Shown here: piece after piece, positions 45,537 through 57,663 of the stretch | Position numbering within the stretch: position 1 is the first letter of the stretch | Layout of the letters: each line of letters begins with the position of its first letter | From: Phycisphaerales bacterium | GTDB taxonomy: Bacteria > Planctomycetota > Phycisphaerae > Sedimentisphaerales > UBA12454 | NCBI GenBank assembly: GCA_039679715.1 | Contig: JBDKUM010000239.1 | Span: 32,060 to 96,059 of the forward strand | Length of the DNA stretch: 64,000 bases | Reading direction: 5' to 3' | The notes under the pieces: generated by a model | The model's database searches: none | What the model was told of the DNA's origin: nothing | Seen by the model: the letters and a program-made list of their open reading frames with translations, nothing else | Translations under genes and position numbers: made by a program

Positions 45537-48500
45537 ATGGGTAATAAAACGATTCGCGATTTCGGAAAGATTCCAGATGCTATAGAAGTACCAAATCTTA
45601 TCGAAGTCCAGCGGGCAAGCTATGATAGATTTCTTCAAGCTGATGTAAATTATCAGAAAAGAAAGCTTAACGGTTTGGAAGCTCTGTTTAAAGAGATATT
45701 CCCAATCGAAAGCTATGACAAGACGATGAGTCTTGAATATATCGGTTATGAACTGGATAAACCGCGCTATAATCCAAACGAATGCAGAGAACTTCGTCTG
45801 ACTTACGGCTATCCGTTAAAAATACGGTGCAGACTGAAACGCAAAGACGCTGATGAAATCGCGGAACAAGTAGTTTATCTGGCTGAAATACCAGTGATGA
45901 TAGGCGGCGGAGAATTTATTGTCAACGGAGCTGAGAGAGTAATTGTAAATCAGCTTCACAGATCGCCTGGCGTTGACTTCCTTATCGAAAGTAAAGAAGG
46001 CGATAGAGTTCTGCACGGCGGAAGAATAATTCCGGAACGCGGAAGCTGGATTGAAATTTCAGTTACACGAAAAGACGTTTTAATAGTACGTATCGACCAG
46101 TCGAGCAAAATTCCTGCTACGATGTTCCTTCGCGCAATGAGCGAAGACTACGGCAAGGTGGATCAGATTTTGAGACTGTTCTACGAAACAAAAACTGTAG
46201 CAGTAGATAAACTCGACCCATTGATGTGGGCAGTAGGACCAATCGTCGATACCGAATCAGGCGAAATAATAGTCGAAGGCGGAACGCAAATCGGCGATCG
46301 TATCGGTCAAATCGAGAGAAGCTCAATAAAGAAACTGGAAGTAATTCCGAAAGCGATAGATCCGCTTGTTCTTAATACACTGGCGGAAGATGATTGTGAA
46401 AGCCATGAAGAAGCATTGCTGAAACTTTACGCAAGACTTCGTCCGGGCAATCCGCCGAATATCGAAAAAGCAAAGTTGCTGTTCAAAGAAAAATTCTATG
46501 AGGCAGACCGTTATAGATTGGGCAGAGTCGGCAGATTCAGATTGAACCGCAAGTTCAAACAGAACATCGATGAAAACGAAATGACTCTTAAGCCTGATGA
46601 TTTTCTGAATACAATAAAATATATCATCGGACTTAGAAATAGTCAGGGCGTTATTGATGATATTGACCATTTGGGCAACAGAAGACTGCGTACAATTGAC
46701 GAGCTTGCCGCTGATGAAATCCGCAAAGGCTTGTTGAAACTTCGCAGAACAGTTCAGGAACGCATGAGTATGAAAGAGCCGGGACAGATTGAAAGAATCG
46801 CCGACCTTGTAAACTCAAAGAGCGTTTCGAGCAGTATCGAATACTTCTTCGGCAGAGGCGAATTGAGCCAGGTTGTAGACCAGACAAACGCGCTTAGCCA
46901 GCTTACTCACGAAAGAAGATTATCAGCTTTGGGACCGGGCGGCTTAAACAGAAAACGCGCGGGCTTTGAAGTTCGTGACGTTCATATCAGCCATTACGGC
47001 AGAATTTGCCCGATTGAAACACCTGAAGGTACGAACATCGGTCTTATCGCTTCATTGGCGATTTTCTCGAAGGTTGACGAATACGGTTTCCTTCTTACGC
47101 CATATAGCAAAGCTGAAAAAGGCAGACTTACTGGTGACATTGTTTACCTGCGAGCTGATGAAGAAATGGAAGTAACATTCGCGCCACCGACAGCTATACA
47201 TCCGGGAAGCCAAAAACTTCAGGATGGCGTTGTGCTGGCATTGAAATATGGCGAATTAACGCAGATAGACAGCAAAGAAATAAATTATGTCGACGTATCG
47301 AGCAGGCAAATCGTCGGCGTATCAGCCGCGTTGATTCCTTTCCTCGAACATGACGACGCGAACAGAGCGTTGATGGGTTCAAACATGATGAGGCAGGCTG
47401 TGCCGCTCTTGATTACTGATCCGCCTCTTGTAATGACAGGTATGGAACCGCATGTTGCGGCCAACTCGAGCATGGTTGTTCGCAGCAGACAAGCCGGAAC
47501 GATTACAGCTGTTGACGCGAAAAAGATTATCATCAACGATACTGATATTTATGAACTTGAAAAATTCGTCGGACTTAACGAAAGAACATGTCTGAACCAG
47601 GTCCCGTTGGTATCGCTTGGACAGAAAGTTAAGAAAAATGAGATAATCGCAGACGGCGGCGGAAGCGGAAGAGGCTCATTGGCATTGGGCAAGAACGTTC
47701 TTGCGGCATTTATGACATTTGACGGCTTCAATTTTGAGGACGCTATTTTAATAAGTGAAAAACTCGTAAAAGAAGATGTTTTCACAAGCATACACATTGA
47801 CGAATTCAGTGTTGAAGTTCGTGAAACGAAACTGGGACGCGAAGAATTCACACGGGATATTCCAAATGTCGGCGAAAAGGCATTGAGAAATCTTGATGAA
47901 AGCGGAGTAGTACGTGAAGGTACACGCGTTGACGCAGGAGACATCCTTGTCGGTAAAGTATCTCCGAAGAGCAAGACAGAACTTACACCTGAAGAAAAAC
48001 TTCTTCATGCTATATTCGGCAGAGCGGGCGAAGACGTAAAGAACGATTCTCTTGAACTGCCAAGCGGTTATAACGGAGTTGTCATTAAGACAAGCAGGTT
48101 TACACGCAAAGGCGCAGGCAGCGACGATCTGAAAAAGGCTCAAAAGCAGAAGATGAAAGAATTCGAAGCAAAGATGAAAGAACATCAGAGCTTAGTCTTC
48201 AAGCAGATGATTGCTGAAATCAGTGAGAAAAACCCTGATGTATCGATGATCGACCCGACGACAAGACAAAAAGTCGGTGCCAGCGAAGATATCGAAGTTA
48301 TATTTGAGCAAATCCAGAACTTCGATGTAATATGGTGCAAACCGGCAGGCTCGCGAGCAAATGCGCAGCAGGTCATTGATAAATATATGCCAAGGATTAA
48401 AGACCTTGCAGAAGAAACAAAAATCAAACTTGAACGCATGAAGCATGGCGATGAATTGCCAAGCGGCGTTCTTGAAATGGTGAAGATTTACGTAGCAACC

Positions 48501-49295
48501 AAACGAACATTGAGCATCGGCGACAAGATGGCAGGCCGACATGGAAATAAAGGCGTTATCGCAAGAATTATGCCAGTCGAAGATATGCCATTTTTGCCGG
48601 ACGGTACACCAATCGATATCTGCTTGAATCCGCTGGGCGTACCAAGCCGTATGAACGTTGGCCAGATTCTTGAGACGCATCTTGGCTGGGCAGCGAAAGT
48701 TCTTGGTTTCGACGCAGTTACACCTGTATTCGCAGGCGCAACTGAAGAAGAAATCAAACAAGTGTTGATGGATGCGAATGTACACGTACAAAATAGAACT
48801 AAAGAACTTGTAGCGTCAAAACAGGCTCCGCCGGCGAATGAAATATTCGCAGAAATCGGCGAAGATATGAAAACAAGATTGTATGACGGCAGAACGGGTC
48901 AGCCATTCGAGCAGACTGCGACAGTCGGATACATATATATGATGAAACTGCATCACCTTGTTGACGACAAGATTCATGCCCGTTCGACAGGTCCATACAG
49001 CTTGATTACACAGCAGCCTTTAGGCGGTAAAGCCAGAACCGGCGGCCAGAGATTCGGCGAAATGGAAGTTTGGGCACTTGAAGCTTATGGCGCGGCCTAT
49101 ACATTGCAGGAATTGCTGACAGTCAAGAGCGACGACGTCGAAGGCAGAACGAAAATATATGAGTCGATGGTAAAAGGCAAGAATACTCTCGAGGCTGGCA
49201 CACCGATTTCATTCGACGTGCTTTGCAGCGAAATTCGCGGTCTTGGTTTGAATATCCAGCTTGAGAAAAAGCAAATAGGCAATAAAGGGATATAA
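45537..49295 (+). CDS. rpoB: DNA-directed RNA polymerase subunit beta
   Basis: 1252 aa. Contains [15 protein letters not shown], the rifampicin-cluster region (SQLSQFMDQ-like: [28 protein letters not shown]), GRHGNKGV and [11 protein letters not shown]. Confidence 0.98.
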   Translation: MGNKTIRDFGKIPDAIEVPNLIEVQRASYDRFLQADVNYQKRKLNGLEALFKEIFPIESYDKTMSLEYIGYELDKPRYNPNECRELRLTYGYPLKIRCRLKRKDADEIAEQVVYLAEIPVMIGGGEFIVNGAERVIVNQLHRSPGVDFLIESKEGDRVLHGGRIIPERGSWIEISVTRKDVLIVRIDQSSKIPATMFLRAMSEDYGKVDQILRLFYETKTVAVDKLDPLMWAVGPIVDTESGEIIVEGGTQIGDRIGQIERSSIKKLEVIPKAIDPLVLNTLAEDDCESHEEALLKLYARLRPGNPPNIEKAKLLFKEKFYEADRYRLGRVGRFRLNRKFKQNIDENEMTLKPDDFLNTIKYIIGLRNSQGVIDDIDHLGNRRLRTIDELAADEIRKGLLKLRRTVQERMSMKEPGQIERIADLVNSKSVSSSIEYFFGRGELSQVVDQTNALSQLTHERRLSALGPGGLNRKRAGFEVRDVHISHYGRICPIETPEGTNIGLIASLAIFSKVDEYGFLLTPYSKAEKGRLTGDIVYLRADEEMEVTFAPPTAIHPGSQKLQDGVVLALKYGELTQIDSKEINYVDVSSRQIVGVSAALIPFLEHDDANRALMGSNMMRQAVPLLITDPPLVMTGMEPHVAANSSMVVRSRQAGTITAVDAKKIIINDTDIYELEKFVGLNERTCLNQVPLVSLGQKVKKNEIIADGGGSGRGSLALGKNVLAAFMTFDGFNFEDAILISEKLVKEDVFTSIHIDEFSVEVRETKLGREEFTRDIPNVGEKALRNLDESGVVREGTRVDAGDILVGKVSPKSKTELTPEEKLLHAIFGRAGEDVKNDSLELPSGYNGVVIKTSRFTRKGAGSDDLKKAQKQKMKEFEAKMKEHQSLVFKQMIAEISEKNPDVSMIDPTTRQKVGASEDIEVIFEQIQNFDVIWCKPAGSRANAQQVIDKYMPRIKDLAEETKIKLERMKHGDELPSGVLEMVKIYVATKRTLSIGDKMAGRHGNKGVIARIMPVEDMPFLPDGTPIDICLNPLGVPSRMNVGQILETHLGWAAKVLGFDAVTPVFAGATEEEIKQVLMDANVHVQNRTKELVASKQAPPANEIFAEIGEDMKTRLYDGRTGQPFEQTATVGYIYMMKLHHLVDDKIHARSTGPYSLITQQPLGGKARTGGQRFGEMEVWALEAYGAAYTLQELLTVKSDDVEGRTKIYESMVKGKNTLEAGTPISFDVLCSEIRGLGLNIQLEKKQIGNKGI

Positions 49296-49299
49296 ACTA

Positions 49300-49332
49300 A
49301 TTTAAAATTTAATATTTTAAATTTAAAATTGG
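49300..49332. repeat. AT-only intergenic repeat (copy d)
   Basis: ATTTAAAATTTAATATTTTAAATTTAAAATTGG between rpoB and rpoC. Confidence 0.65.
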
Positions 49333-49362
49333 AATCTTATAAATAGTCAGGAGTAAGCTTAA

Positions 49363-52300
49363 ATGGCTGAAAGTATTTATGATAAAATAAATGATTACGG
49401 TTCGGTAAAAATTAGTCTTGCCAGTCCCAATGATATTAGGAGCTGGTCTTTCGGCGAAGTACGCAAGCCGGAGACGATCAATTATCGAACATATCGTCCG
49501 GAAAAAGACGGTCTTTTCTGTGAAAGAATTTTCGGGCCTGAAAGGGACTGGGAATGTTCATGCGGAAAGTATAAAGGCACAAAATTCAAAGGTATCATCT
49601 GCGACAGATGCGGTGTAAAAGTTACACACAGCCGAGTCCGCAGAAAAAGAATGGGCCATATCAATCTGGCTGCTCCGGTAGTGCATATATGGTTCTTCAA
49701 GGCAATGCCTTCGAGACTTGGCTCATTGCTGGCGATGAAAACGATTGACCTGGAAAAAGTCGTTTATTTCCAGGATTACCTCGTAACAGACCCGGGCCAA
49801 ACCCCTCTGAAATACAGACAGCTTTTGAATGAAGAAGAATATCGTGATGCTGTAACAAAATACGGCAACACGTTCAAAGCTACAATGGGCGCTGAAGCTG
49901 TTAAAGAACTTTTGGTTCAATTAAACCTTGATTCTGTCGCGGGTGAACTTAAGGCCGGGATGAGCAAGACAAGCAGCAAGCAAAAGATTAAAGATCTTAC
50001 AAAGAGACTGAAAACAGTCAACGCGATTAAAGGCAGCCCGAATAAAGCGGAATGGATGGTTCTTGATGTAGTGCCGGTGATTCCGCCGGATTTGAGACCA
50101 TTGGTTATGCTTGAAAGCGGAAATTTCGCGACAAGCGATTTGAATGATCTTTATAGAAGAATCATCAATAGAAATAATAGATTAAAAAAACTGATGGACC
50201 TCAATGCTCCTGAAGTTATTATCCGCAATGAAAAACGAATGCTTCAACAGGCTGTCGACGCATTGTTCGATAACGGCAGATGCAGAAGACCTGTACTGGG
50301 CAGCAATAACAGACCGCTCAAGAGCTTGACTGATATGATTAAAGGCAAGCAGGGAAGGTTCCGTGAAAACCTGTTGGGTAAAAGAGTGGACTATTCAGCC
50401 CGTTCAGTTATCGTCGTTGGTCCGCACCTTAAATTACATCAGTGCGGTCTGCCGAAGAAAATTGCTTTGGAACTTTTCCAGCCGTTTATCATTCGTGAAC
50501 TGAAAGACAGGGGCTTTGCAGATACAATCAAGAGCGCAAAGAGAATGCTTGAAAGACGCGATGAGCAGGTATGGGATATTCTTGAAAAGGTAATTCATCA
50601 GCATCCTGTAATGCTTAACCGTGCACCGACATTGCACAGAATGGGTATCCAGGCATTTGAGCCTGTTCTTGTCGAAGGTAATGCTATTATGCTTCACCCG
50701 CTGGTATGCAAAGGCTTTAACGCGGACTTCGATGGTGACCAGATGGCTGTTCACCTTCCACTTTCGGTTGAGGCACAGATTGAAGCTCATACATTGATAA
50801 TGGCAACCAACAACGTATTTTCACCTGCGAATGGTTCACCAATGGTCGGCCCTTCACAGGATATCGTGCTTGGCAACTACTATATATCAGTAGCAAGAAA
50901 AGATGAAAAAGGCAGCGGCATGCTTTGTGGTTCACCGAAGGAAGCAATTACATTTTACGAGCTTGGTAAAGCATCAATTCATGCATTGCTGAAAGTCGCT
51001 ATTCCAAAAGGAAAGAAAGTTGTAACTGACAGCGGCGTTATTGAAAGTAAGGGCGTTATCGAGACTACGCCGGGAAGATGCATCTTTAATGAAGTGCTTC
51101 CTCCTGAAATGTCGTTCTATAATATCCTTATGGGACAGAAATCATTAAAACGAGTTATTAATGATTGCTTTGCAGTAACAGAAGGCGCTAAGAGCCTTGA
51201 ACTTCTGGATAACTTAAAAGAGCTCGGTTTTAAATATTCGACGCTTGCAGGTTTAAGCTTCGGTTTGACGGATTTAAGAGTTCCGCCTGAAAAACAGGGT
51301 ATCATCGATCGTACACAAAAGATTGTTGATAGAATTCAAAAGAGCTTTAATGACGGCGTATTGACCGAAGGTGAAAGATATAACCAGGTAATCGATGCAT
51401 GGACTCACGCTCGTGTGCAGGTAACCAGCGCAATGATTACGGGTATGAAAAATGATACACGCAACGGAAAAGCATATTTGAACCCGATTTACCTGATGAG
51501 TGACTCTGGTGCGAGAGGCAGCATCGACCAGATTCAGCAGCTTGCAGGTATGCGTGCTTTGATGGCCAAGCCAAGCGGCGAGATTATTGAAACACCAATT
51601 AAATCAAACTTCCGTGAAGGCTTGAACGTTCTGGAATATTTCAGTTCAACTCACGGTGCACGTAAAGGTTTGGCTGATACAGCGTTGAAGACAGCGGACT
51701 CGGGTTATCTTACAAGAAAACTTGCGGACGTTGCACAAAACGTGATTGTCAATGAAATAGATTGCGGAACATTACAAGGTATCACAAAGAGCGCCTTGTA
51801 TAAAGGTGAACATATTGAAGTTCCGTTGAAAGAATTGATCATCGGCAGAACGGCTCGCGATAATATTCGTAACCCGATTACCGATGAAATGATTGCTCGC
51901 GAGAACGAAGTTATTACTCCGCAGGCAGCAGAGAAAATCGAAGCCCTCGGACTTGAATCAATTCGTGTAAGAAGTGCTCTTACCTGCGACAGCGCACTGG
52001 GCATTTGTGCTAAGTGCTATGGCTGGGATATGGGCAAGTCAAAACTGGTTGAAGAAGGTATGGCGGTCGGCATTATCGCGGCTCAATCAATCGGTGAGCC
52101 TGGTACACAGTTGACAATGCGTACGTTCCACACGGGTGGTGTTGCTTCTCGTGCGATTCTTGAAAATGATCAGAAGTCGCCAAGAGACGGTATTGTACAA
52201 TATCGCGAGTTGAATGTTGTAACAATCAAACTTGAAGATGGTACAGAACAGCAAATTGCTCTGAAACGCAACGGTGAAATGGCACTTGTTGATGAAAAGG

Positions 52301-53634
52301 GCAGAGAGTACGATAAATTCAAAGTACCTTATGGTGCTGTTATAGAGGCAAAAGACGGCCAGGAAGTAAAGGCAAGAGCAAGATTATTCAGTTGGGACCC
52401 GCACAGAGTTCCTATCTTAGCTGAAATCGGCGGCACGATTCGCTTTGTAGATATTATCGACGGCGAAACAATGCAGGTCGAAGAAGAACGCAAAGGCCAG
52501 AGAGGCAAACCTGTTGTTATCGAACATAAAGGCGATAAACATCCGCAGGTCATCATCGAAGATGAAACTGGTAAGATTCTTGATGTTCACTATCTGCCTG
52601 CAAAGGCTCGTATTGAAGTTGTCGAAGGTCAGAAGGTTCAGGCCGGTCAGCTTCTTGCAAGGCAACCTCGCGGTACCTCCGGTACACAGGATATTACCGG
52701 CGGTCTGCCTCGTGTAACAGAAATTTTCGAAGCACGCAAGCCGAAAGAACCGGCAGCAATGGCTGAAATCAGCGGACGTGTTGAACTCAAAAGTGATAAA
52801 CGCCGTGGTAAGATGACGATTATCATCCGAAGCGAAAAGATGGAAAAGGAACACCATGTTCCCCGTGACAGACATCTTAATGTTCATACAGGCGACAATG
52901 TGGAAGCGGGCGATCCGTTGACAGATGGTCCATTAGTCCCGCATGACATCCTTAGAATTAAGGGTGAAGAAGCATTGCAGAGATACCTGCTTGCTGAAGT
53001 TCAAAATGTTTATCGTTCACAAAATGTAACGATTAATGATAAGCACATTGAAGTGATTTTGTCACAGATGCTGCAAAAAGTAGAAATCGATACGGTCGGC
53101 GATAGCAATTTCCTGCCGGGCGATATTATACCGAAACATACGTTCCGTGTAACAAATGAAGAATTAGCTCAAAGTTTGAAAATATCAGATGCCGGCGAAA
53201 CAGACCTCGTAGTAGGCAATGTTTATACCAAACAGCAAATCGAAGCAGCTAATGAAAAGGTCGAAAAACTTGGTGGAAATACCGCCAAAGGCAAGAAGCC
53301 AAGACCTGCTACAGCCAAGACCTTGCTGATGGGTATCACAAAAGCTTCATTGCAGTCTGAAAGCTTTATTTCTGCAGCGAGTTTCCAGGAGACAACTAAG
53401 GTCTTGACGGAAGCGGCTCTGGGTGGTAAAGTAGACGACTTGCTCGGTTTGAAGGAAAACGTCATACTGGGCCATCTGATACCGGCTGGTACTGCTTTCA
53501 GGCCTCATCTTGAGATGAGGGTGAAACACCTTGCTAAGGCTCCTCTGCCGAAAGAACTGGCAGAATTGAAGGAAACACATGAAGCCGAAGCACAGGCCGA
53601 AGCAGCAGCAAGAGCGGCATTAGGTTTGGAATAG
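49363..53634 (+). CDS. rpoC: DNA-directed RNA polymerase subunit beta'
   Basis: 1423 aa. Zn-finger [21 protein letters not shown], catalytic [12 protein letters not shown], and the trigger-loop/bridge-helix regions. Confidence 0.98.
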   Translation: MAESIYDKINDYGSVKISLASPNDIRSWSFGEVRKPETINYRTYRPEKDGLFCERIFGPERDWECSCGKYKGTKFKGIICDRCGVKVTHSRVRRKRMGHINLAAPVVHIWFFKAMPSRLGSLLAMKTIDLEKVVYFQDYLVTDPGQTPLKYRQLLNEEEYRDAVTKYGNTFKATMGAEAVKELLVQLNLDSVAGELKAGMSKTSSKQKIKDLTKRLKTVNAIKGSPNKAEWMVLDVVPVIPPDLRPLVMLESGNFATSDLNDLYRRIINRNNRLKKLMDLNAPEVIIRNEKRMLQQAVDALFDNGRCRRPVLGSNNRPLKSLTDMIKGKQGRFRENLLGKRVDYSARSVIVVGPHLKLHQCGLPKKIALELFQPFIIRELKDRGFADTIKSAKRMLERRDEQVWDILEKVIHQHPVMLNRAPTLHRMGIQAFEPVLVEGNAIMLHPLVCKGFNADFDGDQMAVHLPLSVEAQIEAHTLIMATNNVFSPANGSPMVGPSQDIVLGNYYISVARKDEKGSGMLCGSPKEAITFYELGKASIHALLKVAIPKGKKVVTDSGVIESKGVIETTPGRCIFNEVLPPEMSFYNILMGQKSLKRVINDCFAVTEGAKSLELLDNLKELGFKYSTLAGLSFGLTDLRVPPEKQGIIDRTQKIVDRIQKSFNDGVLTEGERYNQVIDAWTHARVQVTSAMITGMKNDTRNGKAYLNPIYLMSDSGARGSIDQIQQLAGMRALMAKPSGEIIETPIKSNFREGLNVLEYFSSTHGARKGLADTALKTADSGYLTRKLADVAQNVIVNEIDCGTLQGITKSALYKGEHIEVPLKELIIGRTARDNIRNPITDEMIARENEVITPQAAEKIEALGLESIRVRSALTCDSALGICAKCYGWDMGKSKLVEEGMAVGIIAAQSIGEPGTQLTMRTFHTGGVASRAILENDQKSPRDGIVQYRELNVVTIKLEDGTEQQIALKRNGEMALVDEKGREYDKFKVPYGAVIEAKDGQEVKARARLFSWDPHRVPILAEIGGTIRFVDIIDGETMQVEEERKGQRGKPVVIEHKGDKHPQVIIEDETGKILDVHYLPAKARIEVVEGQKVQAGQLLARQPRGTSGTQDITGGLPRVTEIFEARKPKEPAAMAEISGRVELKSDKRRGKMTIIIRSEKMEKEHHVPRDRHLNVHTGDNVEAGDPLTDGPLVPHDILRIKGEEALQRYLLAEVQNVYRSQNVTINDKHIEVILSQMLQKVEIDTVGDSNFLPGDIIPKHTFRVTNEELAQSLKISDAGETDLVVGNVYTKQQIEAANEKVEKLGGNTAKGKKPRPATAKTLLMGITKASLQSESFISAASFQETTKVLTEAALGGKVDDLLGLKENVILGHLIPAGTAFRPHLEMRVKHLAKAPLPKELAELKETHEAEAQAEAAARAALGLE

Positions 53635-53668
53635 TAAAGATTATTTAAAATATAAAATAAGGAAAAAT

Positions 53669-54034
53669 ATGCCAACGATTAATCAGTTAGTGAAAAAAGG
53701 CAGAGGCTCAAAGGGCAAGAAGCGTGTATCCGATATTTCGGGCAGCCCTCAAAAACGCGGAGTTTGTCTGATAGTAAGAACGCAGACCCCGAAGAAACCA
53801 AACTCGGCTTTGCGTAAAATTGCTCGTGTACGTTTGACTAACGGCAAAGAAGTAACTGCCTATATTCCGGGTATAGATCATAACCTTCAGGAACACAGTA
53901 CCGTTCTTATCCGCGGCGGCAGAGTAAGAGATTTGCCTGGCGTTAGATATCATATCGTTCGCGGTACGCTTGATTCAGCAGGCGTTGCAAACAGAAAACG
54001 CAGCCGCAGCAAATACGGTGCAAAGAGGTCGTAG
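53669..54034 (+). CDS. rpsL: 30S ribosomal protein S12
   Basis: [12 protein letters not shown]..., [10 protein letters not shown], and [17 protein letters not shown]. Confidence 0.97.
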   Translation: MPTINQLVKKGRGSKGKKRVSDISGSPQKRGVCLIVRTQTPKKPNSALRKIARVRLTNGKEVTAYIPGIDHNLQEHSTVLIRGGRVRDLPGVRYHIVRGTLDSAGVANRKRSRSKYGAKRS

Positions 54035-54062
54035 TAAAGACAAAATTTAAAAAGGTATAAAA

Positions 54063-54536
54063 ATGGCAAAAAAGTTTACATCTTCCGCAAAACAGTTAAA
54101 ACCAGACGGAAAATTCAACAGCAAACTGGTATCCAAGTTCATTAATTCAATGATGTGGCAGGGAAAGAAGTCAACTTCTACACAGATTTTCTATAATGCA
54201 TTGGATATAGTAAGTGGCAAAATAAAAGAAGTACCACCTCTTGAAGTATTTGAGACAGCAATAAACAATGTCAAGCCTCACCTTGAAGTTCGCTCCAAAA
54301 GAGTCGGCGGTGCAAGCTATCAGGTTCCAATGCCTGTAAACCCAAGAAGGCAGCAGTCACTTGCTTTCAGATGGATTCTTGCATCAGCTAGAGGCAAAAA
54401 AGGCAAAGCAATGCACGAAAGACTGGCAGCGGAATTTATTGATGCTTTCAATAAACAAGGCGGAGCCATGACCACACGCGAGAATATACACAAAATGGCC
54501 GAGGCAAATAAGGCCTTTGCACATTTCGCCTGGTAA
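54063..54536 (+). CDS. rpsG: 30S ribosomal protein S7
   Basis: [38 protein letters not shown], and C-terminal [18 protein letters not shown]. Confidence 0.96.
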   Translation: MAKKFTSSAKQLKPDGKFNSKLVSKFINSMMWQGKKSTSTQIFYNALDIVSGKIKEVPPLEVFETAINNVKPHLEVRSKRVGGASYQVPMPVNPRRQQSLAFRWILASARGKKGKAMHERLAAEFIDAFNKQGGAMTTRENIHKMAEANKAFAHFAW

Positions 54537-54551
54537 CAACGTAATAAAAAC

Positions 54552-54598
54552 ATGCCACGGTTGGAGTTCTTTAAAATTTAACCGTGGCATTTTTCTTT
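54552..54598 (+). terminator. Strong intrinsic-terminator-like hairpin between rpsG and fusA
   Basis: ATGCCACGGTT (54552-54562) pairs with AACCGTGGCAT (54580-54590) as a perfect 11-bp stem, followed by TTTTTCTTTATTT and preceded by AAAAAC. Confidence 0.65.
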
Positions 54599-54658
54599 AT
54601 TTAAAATAAAAGTATTTAACTATACCCGGTAAGGGTTCATTTTCATTTTTAGAATTAT

Positions 54659-56740
54659 ATGCCAGAATCATTAGCAAAAATCAGAAATATCGGAGTAATG
54701 GCTCACATCGATGCGGGTAAAACGACCTTCAGCGAAAGAGTTCTATATTATACAGGTAAAACTTATAAAATGGGCGAAGTACATGAAGGTACGGCCGCCA
54801 TGGATTACCTTGAAGAAGAACAGCAGAGAGGCATTACCATAACAAGCGCCGCAACGACATGTCCATGGAAGAAATGGATATTCCACCTTATCGATACTCC
54901 GGGACACGTAGATTTTACGGCGGAAGTAGAACGTTCGTTAAGAGTGCTTGATGGTGCTATAGCTGTTTTCGATGGCTCCGAAGGTGTTCAGGCGCAGAGT
55001 GAAACTGTATGGCGTCAGGGACAAAAATACCATCTGCCGTGTATTTGTTTCATTAACAAGATGGATAAAATCGGCGCAGATTTTGAGATGAGCGTTAATA
55101 GTATTAGAGAAAAACTTGACGCTCACCCGGTATGCCTTCAGATTCCAATCGGAGCAGATTCGACCTTTGAAGGTTTGATTGATCTGATTGGAATGAAAGC
55201 TGTTTATTTCAAACCGGAAAAACTCGGCGCAAGCATGGAAGAAGTCGAGATACCTGAAGAAATGATAGCCAATGCAAAAAAATGGCGTCACGACATGCTT
55301 GAGATTCTTGCAGAGTTCGATGACAAACTAATGGAAAAGTATGTTCATGATGAACCTGTTGACGAAGATACGATTCATAAAGCCGTAAGAAAAGGCACTA
55401 TCGCGGGCAAATTACATCCCGTCTTTGTTGGTTCTGCCTTACGTTATATCGGCGTACAAAGGGCTTTGGACGGAGTTGGAAGATATCTGCCATCTCCAAT
55501 GGACAAACCCGAAATTCATGCTCATGAGCCAGGCGATGATAAAAAACCAATCATTGTAAAATGCGATACCCACAAACCTTTTGTCGGACTTGCCTTCAAA
55601 ATCATCGCAGACAAACATGGCGATTTATATTTTGTGAGAATTTATCAGGGTATATTGAAAAACGGCACAAGAGTGCTAAATGCTAATCGCAATAATAAAG
55701 AAAATATTACGCGATTATTTAAAATGCATGCAGGTAGCCGGGAAAGCGTAGAAACGGCTAAAGCAGGCGATATCGTAGCTTGTATTGGTTTGAAAGATAC
55801 GATGACGGGCGATACGATTTGTGATACGAAGCATCCCGTGCAGCTTGAGAACATTAAATTCCCAGATGCTGTTATAAGCATGTCAATCGAACCAAACAGT
55901 GCATCGGATAGAGATAAACTTCCTCAAGGTCTTGCGGCTCTTCGCAAGGAAGATCCAACTTTTCAATATAAATATGACCCTGAAACCGGCCAGACAATTA
56001 TTAGAGGCATGGGTGAGTTGCACCTTGAAGTATTGCAGCATAAACTTACACGAGACATGAAAATCAATGTCAAAGTGGGAAGGCCTAAAGTTGCGTATAG
56101 AGAAGCGTTCACTAAGAAAATCGAACAGGAAGCTAAGTTTGTACGGCAGACAGGCGGACGCGGCCAATATGGTCACGTTGTTATTATTTTGGAGCCGCTG
56201 CTTGACGAAAATGGAAGATTTTCAAAAGAAAATGTATTTGAGAACAAAATTATCGGTGGTGCAATACCTAAAGAATATATCCCTGCTGTAGAAAATGGCG
56301 TAATGGAAGCACTTACAAGCGGCGAATTGGCAGGTTATCCTGTTGTTGGCGCTAAGGTTTCTTTGATTGATGGCTCTTTCCATACAGTCGATTCATCTGA
56401 ATTGGCTTTTGAACAGGCCGGTGCGCTTGCAATCAGGGAAGGGCTTAAAAAAGCGGGTACTGTGCTTCTCGAACCCATTATGAAACTGGAGGTAACTGTA
56501 CCAGATACCGAATTCGGTACTGTACAGGGCAATATAATAAGTAAGCGTGGAATGATTACCGACAGCAGAATGCACGGTAACTTAAGGACCATAGACGCAA
56601 ATGTACCCCTTTCGGAGATGTTCGGTTATTCAAGTGAATTACGGAGTGCAACCAGCGGAAGAGGCACTTTTGTGATGGAACCGCTTACTTATGAAAAAGT
56701 ACCAGAACAAATTGCAGAAAAAATTTTAACAGGCTATTGA
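54659..56740 (+). CDS. fusA: Elongation factor G
   Basis: IRNIGVMAHIDAGKTTFSERVLYYTG, DTPGHVDFTAEVERSLRVLDGA, NKMDK, and EF-G domains IV/V (GGRGQYGHVVI). Confidence 0.97.
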   Translation: MPESLAKIRNIGVMAHIDAGKTTFSERVLYYTGKTYKMGEVHEGTAAMDYLEEEQQRGITITSAATTCPWKKWIFHLIDTPGHVDFTAEVERSLRVLDGAIAVFDGSEGVQAQSETVWRQGQKYHLPCICFINKMDKIGADFEMSVNSIREKLDAHPVCLQIPIGADSTFEGLIDLIGMKAVYFKPEKLGASMEEVEIPEEMIANAKKWRHDMLEILAEFDDKLMEKYVHDEPVDEDTIHKAVRKGTIAGKLHPVFVGSALRYIGVQRALDGVGRYLPSPMDKPEIHAHEPGDDKKPIIVKCDTHKPFVGLAFKIIADKHGDLYFVRIYQGILKNGTRVLNANRNNKENITRLFKMHAGSRESVETAKAGDIVACIGLKDTMTGDTICDTKHPVQLENIKFPDAVISMSIEPNSASDRDKLPQGLAALRKEDPTFQYKYDPETGQTIIRGMGELHLEVLQHKLTRDMKINVKVGRPKVAYREAFTKKIEQEAKFVRQTGGRGQYGHVVIILEPLLDENGRFSKENVFENKIIGGAIPKEYIPAVENGVMEALTSGELAGYPVVGAKVSLIDGSFHTVDSSELAFEQAGALAIREGLKKAGTVLLEPIMKLEVTVPDTEFGTVQGNIISKRGMITDSRMHGNLRTIDANVPLSEMFGYSSELRSATSGRGTFVMEPLTYEKVPEQIAEKILTGY

Positions 56741-57251
56741 CGGATTAATAAAGTTCTGGTATAACTCTCGATTCCTTGGCCGTAGCGAGCGTTCTGGACA
56801 CAGGATGCGTTTCGAGTTGGGCTGATACGATAGCGTATCACTACTATCAAAAGATAGTAAACTTCTGGTTAGCTTCGCAGTAGCGAAAAGATTTCAGTTG
56901 AATACCACTGGTATTTTTTAATATCGCGTCTGATGAGCCGTAAGTCATTGAGCCAGCTTCGCTAAGCCACTAATTAAGGGCGCAGTTATTTAATGCCGTT
57001 GGTATAAGCCTTTTTTATACAAAAATCAATAAACTGACGGAATTTGCGGCCTTAAAGACAGCAATATTGAAAAAGAGACGATTATAGGACTATAAAGTCT
57101 TTTTTGTGTAAAAAAATGTATCGTTTTTAAGAAAAAAGCGAATTTTCAATATTATTATAGTTGATTTTGGGAAATAAAACAGTATGCTCTTATGTTTTCG
57201 CCTCTGAACGGCGTAGGCGAAACGCAAAATTGTAGCATAGGACATTGTAAG

Positions 57252-57566
57252 ATGGCAGTAGATACCGAAAGAATTAGAATAAGAATGGAAGCGTACGACC
57301 CGCGTGCGCTGGATACATCAGCACGTGAAATAGTAGAACAGGCTCGCAGGACGAATGCCCGCGTAAGCGGTCCAATTCCCCTTCCGACACGTATCGAAAG
57401 ATACACTGTTTTAAGAAGTCCGCATGTTGATAAGAAAAGCCGTGAGCAGTTTGAAATGCGCACTCATAAGCGTTTGATTGACATTTACGAAGCTAACGCA
57501 AGAACAGTAGAAGCATTGAACAGGCTCGTAGTGCCAGCAGGCGTATTTGTAAAGATTAAAGCATAG
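57252..57566 (+). CDS. rpsJ: 30S ribosomal protein S10
   Basis: [16 protein letters not shown]...[41 protein letters not shown] aligns along the full length of S10. I prefer the ATG at 57252 to the in-frame track start at 57192, which would add 20 non-homologous residues. Confidence 0.93.
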   Translation: MAVDTERIRIRMEAYDPRALDTSAREIVEQARRTNARVSGPIPLPTRIERYTVLRSPHVDKKSREQFEMRTHKRLIDIYEANARTVEALNRLVVPAGVFVKIKA

Positions 57567-57581
57567 AGTGAAAATAAAAAA

Positions 57582-57618
57582 ACGTAAAGTTGAAATGAAC
57601 TTTACGTTTTTCTTTTTA
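57582..57618 (+). terminator. Strong intrinsic-terminator-like hairpin between rpsJ and rplC
   Basis: ACGTAAAGTT-gaaatg-AACTTTACGT is a perfect 10-bp stem, flanked by AAAAAA upstream and TTTTTCTTTTT downstream (bidirectional shape). Confidence 0.65.
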
Positions 57619-57663
57619 AAGTAAGAAGGTTTACCCTTAATTAGAAAATAGGATCAGCATAAC

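Noticed and set aside
56885-56936. A hammerhead-ribozyme-like core: CTGATGA at 56930-56936 with a GAAA at 56885-56888. This raised the possibility of a type II hammerhead.
   Set aside because: The required stem II pairing is poor, with only 2 clean pairs next to the core. I could not build a credible stem III or a cleavage-site context. A 7-mer such as CTGATGA is expected several times by chance in 128 kb of two-strand sequence.
56741-57251. A tuf pseudogene remnant in the fusA-rpsJ gap.
   Set aside because: Reading all frames by eye gives no stretch resembling EF-Tu motifs ([16 protein letters not shown] and others). It is kept only as an open question in the findings.
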